A DNA stretch of 63,994 nucleotides, the filler included, from Streblomastix strix (taxonomy: Eukaryota), in the NCBI GenBank assembly GCA_008636045.1. It is 3 parts of 3 records of this genome, joined end to end, with 100 filler letters (N's around TTAATTAATTAA, not from the genome) between each part and the next. Parts side by side here need not be neighbours in the genome. Positions count along the whole stretch, not along the records: positions 21,628 to 43,138 come from SNRW01000368.1; positions 43,239 to 63,994 come from SNRW01000415.1; 1 more part is not named here. One strand, given 5' to 3'. The notes under the pieces are model-generated. The model was not told the DNA's origin and ran no database searches. It saw nothing but the letters and a program-made list of their open reading frames with translations. Positions within the stretch are counted from its first letter, which is position 1, and every line of letters begins with the position of its first letter. A program made the translations under genes and the position numbers. This document shows positions 42,280 to 54,142 of the stretch, in pieces.

Positions 42280-42599
42280 ATAAATGAAATATGATGAAGA
42301 AGCATTTATGATGATGGAGACTAATAACAAACATAACAGAATAGAATGAAAATTAATTATATTCATATCATTCTCATAAACACTTGAAACTTCTTGTCCG
42401 ATAAGACAGAGCTCATTTAATTTGATACCACGTCAATTTTTCACTATTAAATAGTTTATAAATAAAAAATATATATTAATATAAAATAGCACATTCAGTT
42501 ATATTATGAAAAATAATTGTTATTTTGAATGTGAATAACAATAATTAATAAAAAAAATGAAGTGAAAGAGATATAAAATATAAGATAAATAATTGATTC

Positions 42600-43138
42600 G
42601 ACTTTATTGAAGTGTTTATGCTATTCTGTTTTAAATAATATCAATCTATTTAGTGATAGATTATATGCTCAAAGGATTTTATGTTGTTCCATTTGTTTAG
42701 TTAGGAGAAGAAGGTATCAATGTTGGCTTTACAGTTTGATTTACATTAGATTTTGAAGATGTTGATTCATATGGATAATATTAATTATTATCTTTATATT
42801 AATGAGATTAAGATGATGAATTAATTTAAGATGGAAAAAATTAATCTTTCAAAGATTTTGATTTGAAGATTATGATTCTTATTCTGTATGGTGAGATTTC
42901 TCTTATTTTTGCAATAAATACTGATTTTCTTCTTAAATTCTATTTTATTATTCTCTCCTTTTATGAATTTTCTTTCTTATCCAATCCAAAATCCACCATT
43001 TCTATTTAACTTCTTAATTTTCATCCGATTGTCTTTGATACAATCCATCCAATCGGTTTGATGGAGGTTTACTACATTTCCTTTATTTTTCTTTTATTTC
43101 TTATTTGTCTAATTATTATAATTATAATTTTGAATAAA
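42600..43138 (-). CDS. Partial low-complexity coding fragment at a contig end
   Basis: Q/S/E-rich coding-like composition on the minus strand under TAR=Gln; boundaries unresolved. Confidence 0.35.
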
Positions 43139-43238
43139 NNNNNNNNNNNNNNNNNNNNNNNNNNNNNNNNNNNNNNNNNNNNTTAATTAATTAANNNNNN
43201 NNNNNNNNNNNNNNNNNNNNNNNNNNNNNNNNNNNNNN
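43139..43238. other. Artificial contig-join linker N44-TTAATTAATTAA-N44
   Basis: Same 100-nt structure as 21528-21627. Confidence 0.97.
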
Positions 43239-43239
43239 T

Positions 43240-43554
43240 TATATGAAGGTAGATGATAAGGAAAAAATAAAATTAAAAGGTGTTAATCAAAATACTAATA
43301 AAATTACTAAAGACTAAATAGTTGATAATATAACCAATGGAACGATTACAAAATGCACAAATATGCGGTTAGGTTAAAAGAATTACCAAATGAGCAAATT
43401 AGCTACAGAAAAAAATGGAATTACGGGAATACACACAAAAATGGTGGTACTAAGTGATTAATCATGTTGTCCTTACATTTATGGTTTGAAAGCAAGTGAT
43501 TATACGGTCTCTGAGCATTAGCGTGAAACCATTTTTGATAAAAAAGTTTAATGA
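43240..43554 (+). CDS. C-terminal fragment of a protein-primed family B DNA polymerase
   Basis: YMKVDDKEKIKLKGVNQ...KNGITGIHTKMVVLSDQSCCPYIYGL; KxKGV motif and a terminal PY/F pattern typical of pPolB ends; viral context. Confidence 0.65.
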
Positions 43555-43570
43555 GCCAAAAATAATAAAT

Positions 43571-44242
43571 TCAATTCTTGGATATGATTATTTTTATGAC
43601 CATGGAACCATCAGGTTATTTATCTATATCGCACAAAATGCCTTTATGTTAATTTTAATCAATTTCTGGCCCTTTTACCCATTGCAAATTCTCCAATCTA
43701 TCATCTAAATAATTTTTATTTATGTGTTCAACAATAGATAAATTTTAAGGATTAGGTAAAAAATGTGTTGCTATTATTTTATCCAAGAAATACACCTAAC
43801 CATCTAATTTAATTTTGTGAAAACCATCTACTATGTCAATTATTTTAATATCTTTACTGTCTATTATTTTTATATGATATGGATATATAGTTTCTATCGT
43901 ATAATTCGGATGGTCTCGTAAGATATCACACAAAATGCCTTTATGTTAATTTTAATCAATTTCTGACTCTTTTACCCATTGCAAATTCTCTAGTCTATCA
44001 TCTAAATTATTTTTATTTATGTGTTCAACAATAGATAAATTTTAAGGATTAGGTAAAAAATGCGTTGCTATTAATTTATCCAAGAAATACACCTAACCAT
44101 CTAATTAAATTTTGTGAAAACCATCTTCTATACCAATTCTTTGAATATCTTTACTGTCTATTTTTTTTATATGATATGGATATTATGTTTCTATCGTATA
44201 ATTCGTATGGTCTCGTAAGATATGCGGATTATCAAATCCCAT
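43571..44242 (-). CDS. Protein made of two tandem HNH-endonuclease-like domains (223 aa)
   Basis: Twice IATHFLPNPQNLSIVEHINKN(N/Y)LDDRLENLQWV, matching the HNH_3/NUMOD-type pattern AxxFIPNPxNLPxVDHINxxxxDNRxxNLxW; 297-bp in-frame duplication. Confidence 0.8.
43627..44223. repeat. 297-bp tandem duplication (99 codons)
   Basis: Copies begin at 43627 and 43924 and are similar throughout. Confidence 0.95.
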
Positions 44243-44270
44243 TTTATAAGCTAATAAAAAAATAAAAAAT

Positions 44271-44639
44271 TCATACCGATTATTTTTATGGCTAATTTAA
44301 TAGTTTAAGATATAAAATATATCTCCAATGAGTTGCCAGTTCCATATCTTTTTATTAAATTGCATCATTCAAAAATTGTTCGATTTGTTATACGGTTAGC
44401 TAAGACCAATTTATTTACGGTTCATTCTTGCTCATTTTTCTTTTATAAAAAAATTATATAACATAAACCGTTATATTTAGTGGTACCAGCACTATATCAA
44501 AATATCCCCATAACTTCTTAATTAAATTAACGGTATCGGTCAGCTGCTCAGGAATAGATACAGACAAAACAGATATAATAAAATTAACACCATAAAATAT
44601 ATAATTCATTAGACTCATAAACAAATTCAATAAGTTCAT
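44271..44639 (-). CDS. Viral hypothetical protein with hydrophobic N-terminus (or two small ORFs, the second starting at 44435)
   Basis: MNLLNLFMSLMNYIFYGVNFIISVL...VIQFFYKRKMSKNEPQINWSQLTVQQIEQFL...QSV-TGA. Confidence 0.55.
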
Positions 44640-44657
44640 TTTATTATTTTTAAAAAC

Positions 44658-45674
44658 ATGACACTGCAAGAGATATAGGGCATAACATTTTCAAACTAGG
44701 ATTTACTAAACGAATATAAAACACGACCACTAACCAAAAACTCCTTATTCCTCGTTAATGGAAACCATTATATTGTTGGAGCTGTTGGTTCAGGTAAAAC
44801 AACATTAATGTCCAAGCTAATAGTTATATACTAAAAAGTAATCAATCCATACATATTATACTTTTCAAATTTTGGTGCTGACGAGACAATGGCATTAAAT
44901 CTTAATAGTAAAAACATATCACTAACCAATATAACATATGGGGAAGCAATGTTGTTTTTACCAGAATTTGATGAAATAAAATATTCAACAAAAGAAGTAT
45001 ATACTTGGTATAAATTGCATGAGTAAGGTTTTAAATATACCAGTGATTTTATAAAAAGAGTCGAAGAAAAAATAATATAATAAAATGAAGCTAAAACTAA
45101 TGAAAAGTCAGAAGTTTATTTAAAACGAATAGCTGATTTGTTCAAATAATATGTTATAGAAACCATAAATAAATATAGCTAGCCATTTAAAATATTACAG
45201 TTTGATATTCCAGCACTTATATAAAATATTAGCTATGAAAAGAAAATGAAAGTAATAGATGATAAACAAACAGCTGATATAAAAATAATGAAAATACCAG
45301 TACTTTTTAAGGCATAATTGTTAAATACACTAATGCTTTTTGATGATATTGGAAGTAATGCCGATATCCAACGTTTTAATTCTTCACTTGCTAAATCAAT
45401 TACTCATTTGGTTAGTGATTCAAGGCATTCGAAAAATACGATATTTTTTATAGCTTAACGTCCAAGTTATTTGTTTAAGACTGCAAGGATATTATCCCAT
45501 GTAATAGCTATAGGGGTTAATCTTGGAGAGAGTGATTTCAAACAAGTATATGAAGAAAACACGATATAAAACCTTGATTTTGAAGAGTTTTTACTGCTAT
45601 ATTCCACATTATAAAAATATGAATTTATTATTTTAAATAAGCTTTTCAGCAAGTATGAAATATTAAGAAATTGA
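44658..45674 (+). CDS. A32-like (FtsK/HerA) genome-packaging ATPase, 338 aa
   Basis: Walker A IVGAVGSGKTT, Walker B LMLFDD, SRHSKNTIFFIAQ (RH...Q motif, Gln = TAA at 45456), KTAR; intronless. Confidence 0.92.
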
Positions 45675-45693
45675 TAGTTTTGTAGGTAAATAA

Positions 45694-46086
45694 ATGACTT
45701 CGTGCTAAGGCTCTCCGAAATCACCGTGTGATCCTTCAGCAATTCCTGATGGAATGGATTAATTGTATTAATTAGCCACAAACATTGGCCTATAATATAA
45801 TGCTACGGACTATGAAATTTTCAAAATATTTGAAGCATTAAAAGACGGAGGCTTACGACTTCCTACGGAAAGCCCCCATTGCGGACAAACTGGAGTAGAA
45901 AATAATGATATGAATGAACAAGAAAAATAAATATATCAATAGTTTAAAAGCCACTTTTTTTAACAAAAAATGCCGCAAAGCGACTATTGTTTTTAAGAAT
46001 CTTTGCAGGATAAAACTGTGTAAATATTAGAATATATTTAATACCTCAATTTATTGATGCGGTTAAATTCATCAAATAATAATTGA
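45694..46086 (+). CDS. Viral hypothetical protein; 3' end uncertain
   Basis: TAAATG start; MTSCQGSPKSPCDPSAIPDGMDQLYQLATNIG...; open to TGA 46084, overlapping the convergent ORF by about 40 nt. Confidence 0.55.
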
Positions 46087-46522
46087 CCAATCCACTATTT
46101 TATGTATCATTAACAAAGTCATTATATATTTATTTTTCCTGCTCATTAGCTTCAGATATAATGTACTTTTTTATTTGTTATGGCTAGTTATTTTAATCTA
46201 GTTGTTTTTTAATACAATTATATTTATTTTTGAAATATTTTTCTTACTCGTTGAACAGTTTATTTTTATAATCTTCTGCATCAACATACTGCTTTATTTG
46301 TTGTAATTTGTTTTACTAATTCATGAACAACTTATTTATTCTGGTTAGTTCTTAGAGTAATGGGTGCAGTATTATTTCTTTATCTTTTATTAATAATTTT
46401 TGCAGTGCGTCAATTGTTGCCTTTATTGAATCATCACTTTCAAAATTTTATTTAATTACTTCATTAAACAATTATTTTATAGGGTTTTTATTATCAATTG
46501 CTATAGGTGTTGGTGAGGACAT
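46046..46522 (-). CDS. Viral hypothetical helical protein (158 aa)
   Basis: TAAATG start; MSSPTPIAIDNKNPIKQLFNEVIKQNF...; no TGA until 46048. Confidence 0.65.
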
Positions 46523-46597
46523 TTATTTAAAAATAAATAACAATTTATAACAAAATAGTCCAATAATTAATGACTGCATTAGCATGAATGAAATGAA

Positions 46598-48649
46598 TCA
46601 TGGAGGTACTGACACCAAAGTAATAGGTTTAGCACGCTAATATACTTTTGCCCCATCGCTATAAAATCCCCCTTCTGTGCCTATACTATTTACACCCCAT
46701 AAAATAGGATTCCCTGCTGAATAATTAACTGACCCAGCCGCAGGCGGAGTCTATGACATTGTTGCTCCATTTGTTGCACCAGTGCCAGCTATAACTGACC
46801 CATTAAATGTTAAAGTATTTCCATCAGCGGATATTTATAAACCTTTACCAGATGTATTTTAGCCAGCTGTACGCACTATATTTAGCGTTCCGTCACCCTT
46901 TTTATATATTGACCATTATTTATCTATGTATCCAGAAGTAGTATTTGGATCACAACCTAATGATATTAGGCATAAATTATTTGTTGTATTAGCAATTCGT
47001 AAACTTTCACTATAATTTCCAGTTTAAGGATTAATTTAAAATGGAGATTAAAACATATTCGCGAATAATTAAAACCTAGTTGTGTAATCAGTAGGTAATG
47101 CATCAACCATATCACTATTTAATACATTTGATATCAAATCTGGAAATGTATTTTATCTCGATAGTTGTATATCAACACTATTACTCCACGCGTTCATATT
47201 ACACCATAACTCTCCATAGCCTGTAGTTCCTGACCCATAATATAAAATATAAGCTCTTTTTAAAAATGTGTTAGATTCAAAATGATAAGAGTATTGACCA
47301 ATTCCATTAGTGATATAATTTTAATTGAATTGTATTAATCCAAACGCATACCTGCAATTAATGTAAAATTCAACGGAAACATTATTTGATTAATTATATG
47401 GAATAAATTAACATAATTTAATATATTTTTCTGTAGTTGATACATAATAATTATTTTTAGCTAAAGCTACTTTTTTAGTTGTCCCATCAGCTAGTAGTAT
47501 TTCATTATTTGTGCCATTTGTCTTCTTAATTGTATCAAATGTTTTTATATCAGTAATGGTTTAATCAGATGCTATATCTACTACTCCGTTTATTGCATCA
47601 CCATTAGCGCAAAGTATTTCCGTAGCCAATCCTCCAGTCTTAATAAATTTGGTCGCGGTAATGTTTCCATCATATGTTAATTACTATGGATGGACATGGT
47701 CATTTCTACTATAAAAATCACTCATACCATTAGCCGCAGCAGTAGCATTTACTAACGGAACATTTGCAGTTGTTGGATCAACATTTAATGGGTGCTAATG
47801 TGTGGCACTGGCATATATATTAGCAGTGCCTGCTGTTCCTGTTCCCGTATCTTTTAGTGGTACGTCATTACTTAGATTTACATGATGCGTATGGTCAGAC
47901 CTGACATAAGTGGTAGCAACTCCTGCCTCACCATTTGCAGTATCTTTTGCAGGTAAAACAGTTGAAACTTACAAAGGATGTTAATGGTCTCCTCTTGCAT
48001 ATTCATTACTAGTTCCTGCATTACCATTTACAATAGAGTTTGATGGTATTGCATCACTGGCAGGGGTTACCTAATCAGGGACCACATCTCCACTCTTATA
48101 CCAATCAGCCGCAGGTGGGGATCCTGTCATATCATACATCCATACTGTTCCACTTTCTGTACTAAATGCAAAATCACCACTTGCTGAATTAGGCAAATTT
48201 TATATGACACTATTCAACAAATAATATCCACGGAAATGTATTTATCTCGCTAGTTCTTACTAAATAGTTAACACATCATTTTTTAATCCATCAATATCTT
48301 ACTCTACCCCTCCAATTGATGACTATAACTAGTTTACTTCATTAATTAACTAGTTAATTTATGCAACAAAATCAAAGTTTATTACCTTTAAATTCTTTAT
48401 TGTAAGAAGCCCATTTGGTGCTATTTTGAGTGCATAATCAGCAGCATAACCATCAACTATTTAGTTATTAGCTGCATAAACTAGTGCATTGTCATTATCT
48501 ATAAACAGTTAGTATTCATCATTTTGCAACATGCCACCGCTAGAGCTTCCCCTTTTCTAATACTGTATATAATACGCTATATCATTAGTGATAAGCTGGC
48601 GAACTGTTCGGATTTGTTGCTGTGTTAATGGATTATTTTAGGTAATCAT
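46598..48649 (-). CDS. Tail-fibre-like virion protein (683 aa) with coiled coil and HxH repeats
   Basis: YARGDHQHP, YVRSDHTHH, YASATHQHP, YSRNDHVHP; GGLATEILCANG, QTITDIKTF, GTNNEILLADG. Confidence 0.8.
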
Positions 48650-48700
48650 TTTAATTTTGCAAAAATAAAAAGTTTTACATGCAATTATTGGATATGGTTA

Positions 48701-48907
48701 TCACCGTTTATTTACGAGTCGATCTACGGCTCCTGCAAGATTAGCCCCAGCACCTAGTGCTCCACCAATTCCTGGGTGTATCATTCCTACAGGGCCTGAT
48801 ATTGTTGATAGTACCTTATGAAGAGTTGGTGCTACCCATTAAGCTGCATGCTTAATACCTCCCAAAATTTTACTTCCGATGTTTGCTATACCACTGAAAA
48901 ATCTCAT
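48701..48907 (-). CDS. Small Gly/Ala-rich amphipathic protein (68 aa), candidate membrane-penetration or core protein
   Basis: MRFFSGIANIGSKILGGIKHAAQWVAPTLHKVLSTISGPVGMIHPGIGGALGAGANLAGAVDRLVNKR; divergent from the MCP gene. Confidence 0.75.
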
Positions 48908-48931
48908 TTATTTATTTTTAAAAATATTAAA

Positions 48932-50924
48932 ATGTCGTTCTCAGCATCTGACTACCTTTAAAGACTATCCAAAATGCAACACTCCGACTACATTAGTGGA
49001 TACATGCAACTTGGTGAGGTGTTAAAAACACTATCAATTCATGCCTAATCCTTCGCAATTTCTAAGCAATAATTTTTTGACTGACCAGTAAATTAGCTTA
49101 CATCATCAGGTGTTAGATATACACGTGCGCCGTTGGCTGCTAGAGGTACAGCAACTTGTTCAATGGTATAAACCTGCTAAGTAAATTGGACTATAACAAT
49201 CCCAGCAAATATATTAGCTGTATAACTAAATAGATGTGAAGATTCAGGAGGTGACGAAGACGAATTAAGAGCAAGGGTTAATTTTAATGCAAATAATGAC
49301 CTTGCAGAAGACCCCAAGATTATGACATAATTCTACAAAAAATATTATGGTAAAACTGGTGATGGTGAAGAAAAAAGTGAACATCTGAAGTTTTGGCTTG
49401 GTTTCTCCACTGCTTGCGAACCCTTTAATTAGTTTGCAATATTACGAGATGCTTAAAACTTATAGAATACAGCAATATATGCGAGAGAGTAAGCAGTTAT
49501 TTGTTCAAATTCATTAACAGATTTATGCACCAATAATTCCGTCAGTGTCTCACCACTCGAGTCCATCATTGCTGGCAAACGTCATTGTGGTATTTTTATG
49601 GATATTCCACTTAGTGATATAGATTTATAAGCTACAGTAGCAGATGGATAACCAAGAACACCATATTATTTTAGAATACCATATGATATAAAATTTAGCG
49701 GTGTATTAGATTTGAACTAATTAAATCCAATTTTTAACTCATTCCCAGTACTGACAAGAAACTATGCATCATTATACTTATAGCTATGGGTGTAGGATTT
49801 CCTTTAAGATTTAAAAAATTGTGTGGCTAAATAAATCAGATGTTATGTAAAATAATCATCTTGCATATGCAATGATTCCACCAGAGAAGCCAGACGTCGT
49901 TTATCTATTAAGTAAAGAAGAGGATGAGGACCCACAGGCATATTCATTGTATAATGTTAGGCTCGTTAATATGTAAAATGTTGCGAATAACGCAAAAGTA
50001 CCATAAAATTCCATTAGTCAAATATCAGATTCTAAATTCGAAGAGCAAGAAATATAAAATGTATGTTTTAATATAGAAAATGAAGAGGCAATTATTCAGA
50101 TGATATAAGCCTAAAGAATAATAAATTTCCCCACACAAATCATAAGGTCCTAATCTTCAAATTTTCCCTTCAGTGGTTTTTAGGCTGTTTCTGGTAGTAT
50201 GTAAAGTATAATGTCATTTGCTAATATAAAGGCACTATTCATGACATTTGCCATGCCACAATATCCTACTTGGTTTTTCCCTGTATTATTTTATAACTTT
50301 AATTTAGTTGTTGATTAAAAGAATTTAATACCATAACCATATAAAGCACTGACCCAAACAACTAATAGCTAAATGTTTGATTGTTTTGTTGATTAGGATG
50401 TTGTAAGTGCTCCATCAGACCTATACCATTCACTTACTTTTGAAAATGTAAATGTTGATGATAAAAACAATTTTTATGGATATGTTGACCCTGCAGGTGA
50501 TGTAGGAACTACTGCTAATATATTTTATAATACAACATTATACAATGGAAGCAAAGCCACAAAAACATTATACCCAAATAAGTTTATGCTGGCATGGAAA
50601 ATGGCAACTGATGACTCATTTATGAGAGGTTAAAACTCTTCAAAAATTGGTGCTAGGACAAATATTTAAGTGATTTTAAACGGAAATTTGACTAAAGGAA
50701 TTGTAGATACTACAAAATTATATCCATCATAGAATTAAAACGATTTTAAGCAATTTATTGGTATGCGTAGCTATCTGGATCCTCACCAGGTAGCACTGAC
50801 ACCTATCATGCACTATTTATGTGATGCATTTATTCGCATAACTTTTGATGTTAACCCAGACCCATAAGTATTAAGCATGGATGTTATTGGAGAAATAGGC
50901 GGTTCATCAATTAGAAGCGGATGA
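48932..50924 (+). pseudogene. Probable double-jelly-roll major capsid protein (about 660 aa) with one in-frame TGA and one +1 frameshift
   Basis: Long intronless beta-rich ORF near the ATPase and fibres; VLDLNQLNPIFNSFPVLTRNYASLYLQLW; TGA at 49082; extra A in the run near 49813-49818; span 1993 nt = 3n+1. MCP identity rests on size, context and composition. Confidence 0.65.
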
Positions 50925-50984
50925 GGTGATTAATGGGCTAAAAATAAAATTGGTTTATCATTATTTTTGTTTATTATTCCTTTC

Positions 50985-51036
50985 GGCCTGCTTTGCAGCC
51001 CTTACTTTTTTAACAAAAATGCCGCCTCTGGCGACT
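50985..51036. terminator. Bidirectional hairpin plus T-tract element between convergent viral genes
   Basis: Plus: GGC(C)TGC-TTT-GCAGCC then CTTACTTTTTT; minus: GTCGCC-AGA-GGCGGC then ATTTTTGTT directly after a TGA; related copies at 45955-45985 and 54220-54246. Confidence 0.5.
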
Positions 51037-51176
51037 CATCCATGTATTGAATTCCTAACCTCTTCGCTAATTTCTTCGCTATCCATTTTTATTTAAGCTA
51101 TCACCAATATACAACCAAGCAAATTATTACAAGCTATAACTATTAATGATATACTAGTTATTATTTCCCAAATCAT
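51036..51176 (-). CDS. Small viral single-pass membrane protein (46 aa)
   Basis: TAAATG start; MIWEIITSISLIVIACNNLLGCILVIAQIKMDSEEISEEVRNSIHG. Confidence 0.55.
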
Positions 51177-51201
51177 TTATATAAAAATAAAATTAAATTT
51201 T

Positions 51202-51327
51202 TCACCGGCAAATTTTCGATTCGCAAGCATATTTGATTGCTGCATCCCAAATAGCCTTAAAGATTGCATGCCAATTTATATTTAATTATTCAAGCGAATA
51301 TATTACTGTTTCATTAAATCCGTCCAT
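51202..51327 (-). CDS. Small viral ORF (41 aa)
   Basis: TAAATG start; MDGFNETVIYSLEQLNINWHAIFKAIWDAAIKYACESKICR. Confidence 0.5.
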
Positions 51328-51345
51328 TTATTTATTTTTAAAATG

Positions 51346-52251
51346 TCAACCTGATTAATTATAAACAGCATATGAATCACATACTTATACACAAAAATCA
51401 TTTGGCAAATTAATTTGGCACTACGTATTTATTACAACATTACCGTTAGGATTAATATAACAATCCATAGCAATTGCACCGGTCCAATCTATTGGATAGC
51501 CATATACTTTTTACGCAAATAAAACAGCATTAAGGGGTATGTTATGTGTTGTGCCAGAAAATTTTGGTTTTATGTCGTTATTGAAGATAGAAAATAATGT
51601 ATATCCCCCGTAGCATGATGTGCTTGGATCTGAATGAGTTATTTACAGAGATATATATGCACGTTCTTTTTAAGATTTTACGGTACCCCAAATTAATTAT
51701 TCATACCTACCATAAGCAATAGACCAATAAATTGCATATTCGATAGGGACAGGAGGAAGAGGTGATACAATTTAATTGTTAAATTTAAGTGTTGAACATT
51801 CGAAATCGATAATTATACCCTTATAATCATATGCTTAATCTTCTTATTTTTATATCCTAAATTACGATGAAGTTGAACCCATTTTCCATACCCCGTCCGT
51901 ATCTGTGGGATCAACGTTGCAACCAGTGAGCACAAAGCTATCCCAATTCGCTTTATTTTTCATTATCCTTATGCCTTAATTACGTATGTCATCATTTGGT
52001 TCTATAGTCAATTAACCCATCGCGTGAGGAAAATATTTAGGCAAAAAATTCCCTGTGTCTGTAGTATCACCATTAGCGAGTAAAATTTCATTGCTTGTAC
52101 CTTTATTTTTAATGAATTTTTATGCAACAATAGGCTATAAAAAAGTCTTTACTCCGTCTATTATTTGACTAGTTCGTAAATTTACGTAATCAATTGAATT
52201 TCTGAAAAATTGACTTAAATAGTTAAAGTATTTAATAATTTCGTTATCCAT
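51346..52251 (-). CDS. Second fibre-like protein (301 aa; in-frame upstream ATG at 52392)
   Basis: YVNLRTSQIIDGVKTF, FIKNKGTSNEILLANG shared with the first fibre; beta-rich C-terminal head-like region. Confidence 0.75.
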
Positions 52252-52416
52252 TATTTATAAAAGAGTATTTTTTTATCTAGTTTAATTTTGTTATTCTTCT
52301 TGTATTTTTTATAATCGTTTTTATTCTTCCTACTAGTTTTTCAAATCATCATCGTCTAACAGCGATAAATCGCTAATTGGTTAATCAATCATTTTATTAT
52401 CCAAAAATAAATCATA

Positions 52417-53082
52417 TCATTCGTTTTACATAATAATCAATACAAAATAATTTTCAAAAATCATTTTCTGTTATTTCCATCTCTGGTGCTTCGCTTGAAC
52501 GGATGAAATCGCAATTTACTCGATAAAGTTTTTCAATAGAGTTATATATAGCACATTATCCAACACTTTTACAGACACATTTTTTATTAAAATATCTTAT
52601 ACTCTAATAAGGTCCTTTTTCTTGAATTTCTTTGATATGCAAGTGTGTGGTTATATAATTGCTTCCTCAAGCACTATTTCAACATCATTTTCATCATTCT
52701 GCGTGATCAGTGCCCAAAATTTTATAAAATTATCAGATGAAAAAACAAAATCATCTCCGCGTTATCTGTGGGTAATGGTGCGCCAGCACGTATCAATTAC
52801 AAACTTTTATACTATGAGATTAGGATGTGATAGGTATATACTTTTTGGTTATTCTTCTGCTAACTATTAAAATGCCTCTTCCGGTAATACTTATGCGGTT
52901 GTTCTATCAACCTCTTTATACTTATTTATGTTATATTTTTTATGTGGTATGTTTTCATTCTAATTTTATTGTGCTGTTTCTTAGTCTGTTGGCATTGTTT
53001 TTATACGATTAATTGCTTCATCGATTAGTTAGAGTCTAATTTTATCCTCATCTGTAAGCTCTTTTTTCTTGATATCCGACAT
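52417..53082 (-). CDS. Viral hypothetical protein (221 aa)
   Basis: TAAATG start; MSDIKKKELTDEDKIRLQLIDEAINRIK...; open to TGA. Confidence 0.65.
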
Positions 53083-53160
53083 TTATTTTTTACTCTTCGA
53101 CATTCTTACTTGATTTCTTTCAATACCCTTAATCATTTTATTAATTTTTAAAATATTAAA

Positions 53161-53826
53161 ATGGAATTATCGCATGCTCTTAAGAATTTGATAGAAAATG
53201 GAACAAATATTGAATACTTTGATAAAGATTATGTGGTATAGATTAATAAATAAATAAAGGTATATGAAGACGGCAAAAAACAACTGCGAAAATTGACACA
53301 AACATAATAAAATAAGCTATTGCTATAAGCTCGTGGAGGGGGATAAATAAATAAAAAACCATCAAAATAAATAGTTTAAAAATAAGCTGTGGATGAAGAA
53401 GAAGATTTTATAAATTATGAATAATAGGAGGAAAGACACCGAGATATACAGGATGATATAAATGAAAGCGATGATGAAACAATTAGCCAAAGCGAAAGAC
53501 CCGAAAGGCCAATAAAACATTTCCGTGAGGCTAAACAACCACATAAAAAAGTTATAAAAGCATCAAAATAGCCATAAATCAATTATACAAATCAATAGCT
53601 TAATTTGGAAGAATTAATACGTTTAAGAACTGAAAATAATTTTATAAAGTAATAGCATTAAGACGCTATAAAATAAATAGAGAAATACAAGCAAAAAGTA
53701 AAACGTTATAAACAACCAAAATAAGACATTGAAAAATAGGAAGAATAACAAGATTTATAACAAGAGCCTATATAATAAAATTATTAGCCTGAATAAAAAT
53801 TTAGCGAATATGATTTATATAATTGA
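53161..53826 (+). CDS. Viral hypothetical acidic/coiled-coil protein (221 aa)
   Basis: MELSHALKNLIENGTNIEYFDKDYVVQ...; upstream TTTTAAAATATTAAAATG as at the MCP gene. Confidence 0.7.
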
Positions 53827-53854
53827 AAGAATTATTTTTTTACTAATTATAAAA

Positions 53855-54142
53855 ATGAATATTAATATTATCGATATAGACGAATAGGGTAAAATATGTG
53901 CTATTGGTAATATTCCATGGAATAATCTACATAAATTTTAGTTATCAAATAATTAACTACTTTTAACAATGAACCAAATAAATGATTACTAAGAAAAAAT
54001 AAAAACAATTAACGGCGATGAACTTTTTAATTATATTAGTGAAATGCGGGTGCTTAGTGAAAAGTAAAATAAATTACGTAATGAATATGTAAAACAAGAA
54101 AAATAACGCTATCGTTAAAAGCTAAAAGAAATGGATGATTGA
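53855..54142 (+). CDS. Viral hypothetical protein (95 aa)
   Basis: MNINIIDIDEQGKICAIGNIPWNNLHKF...KEMDD-TGA. Confidence 0.6.
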
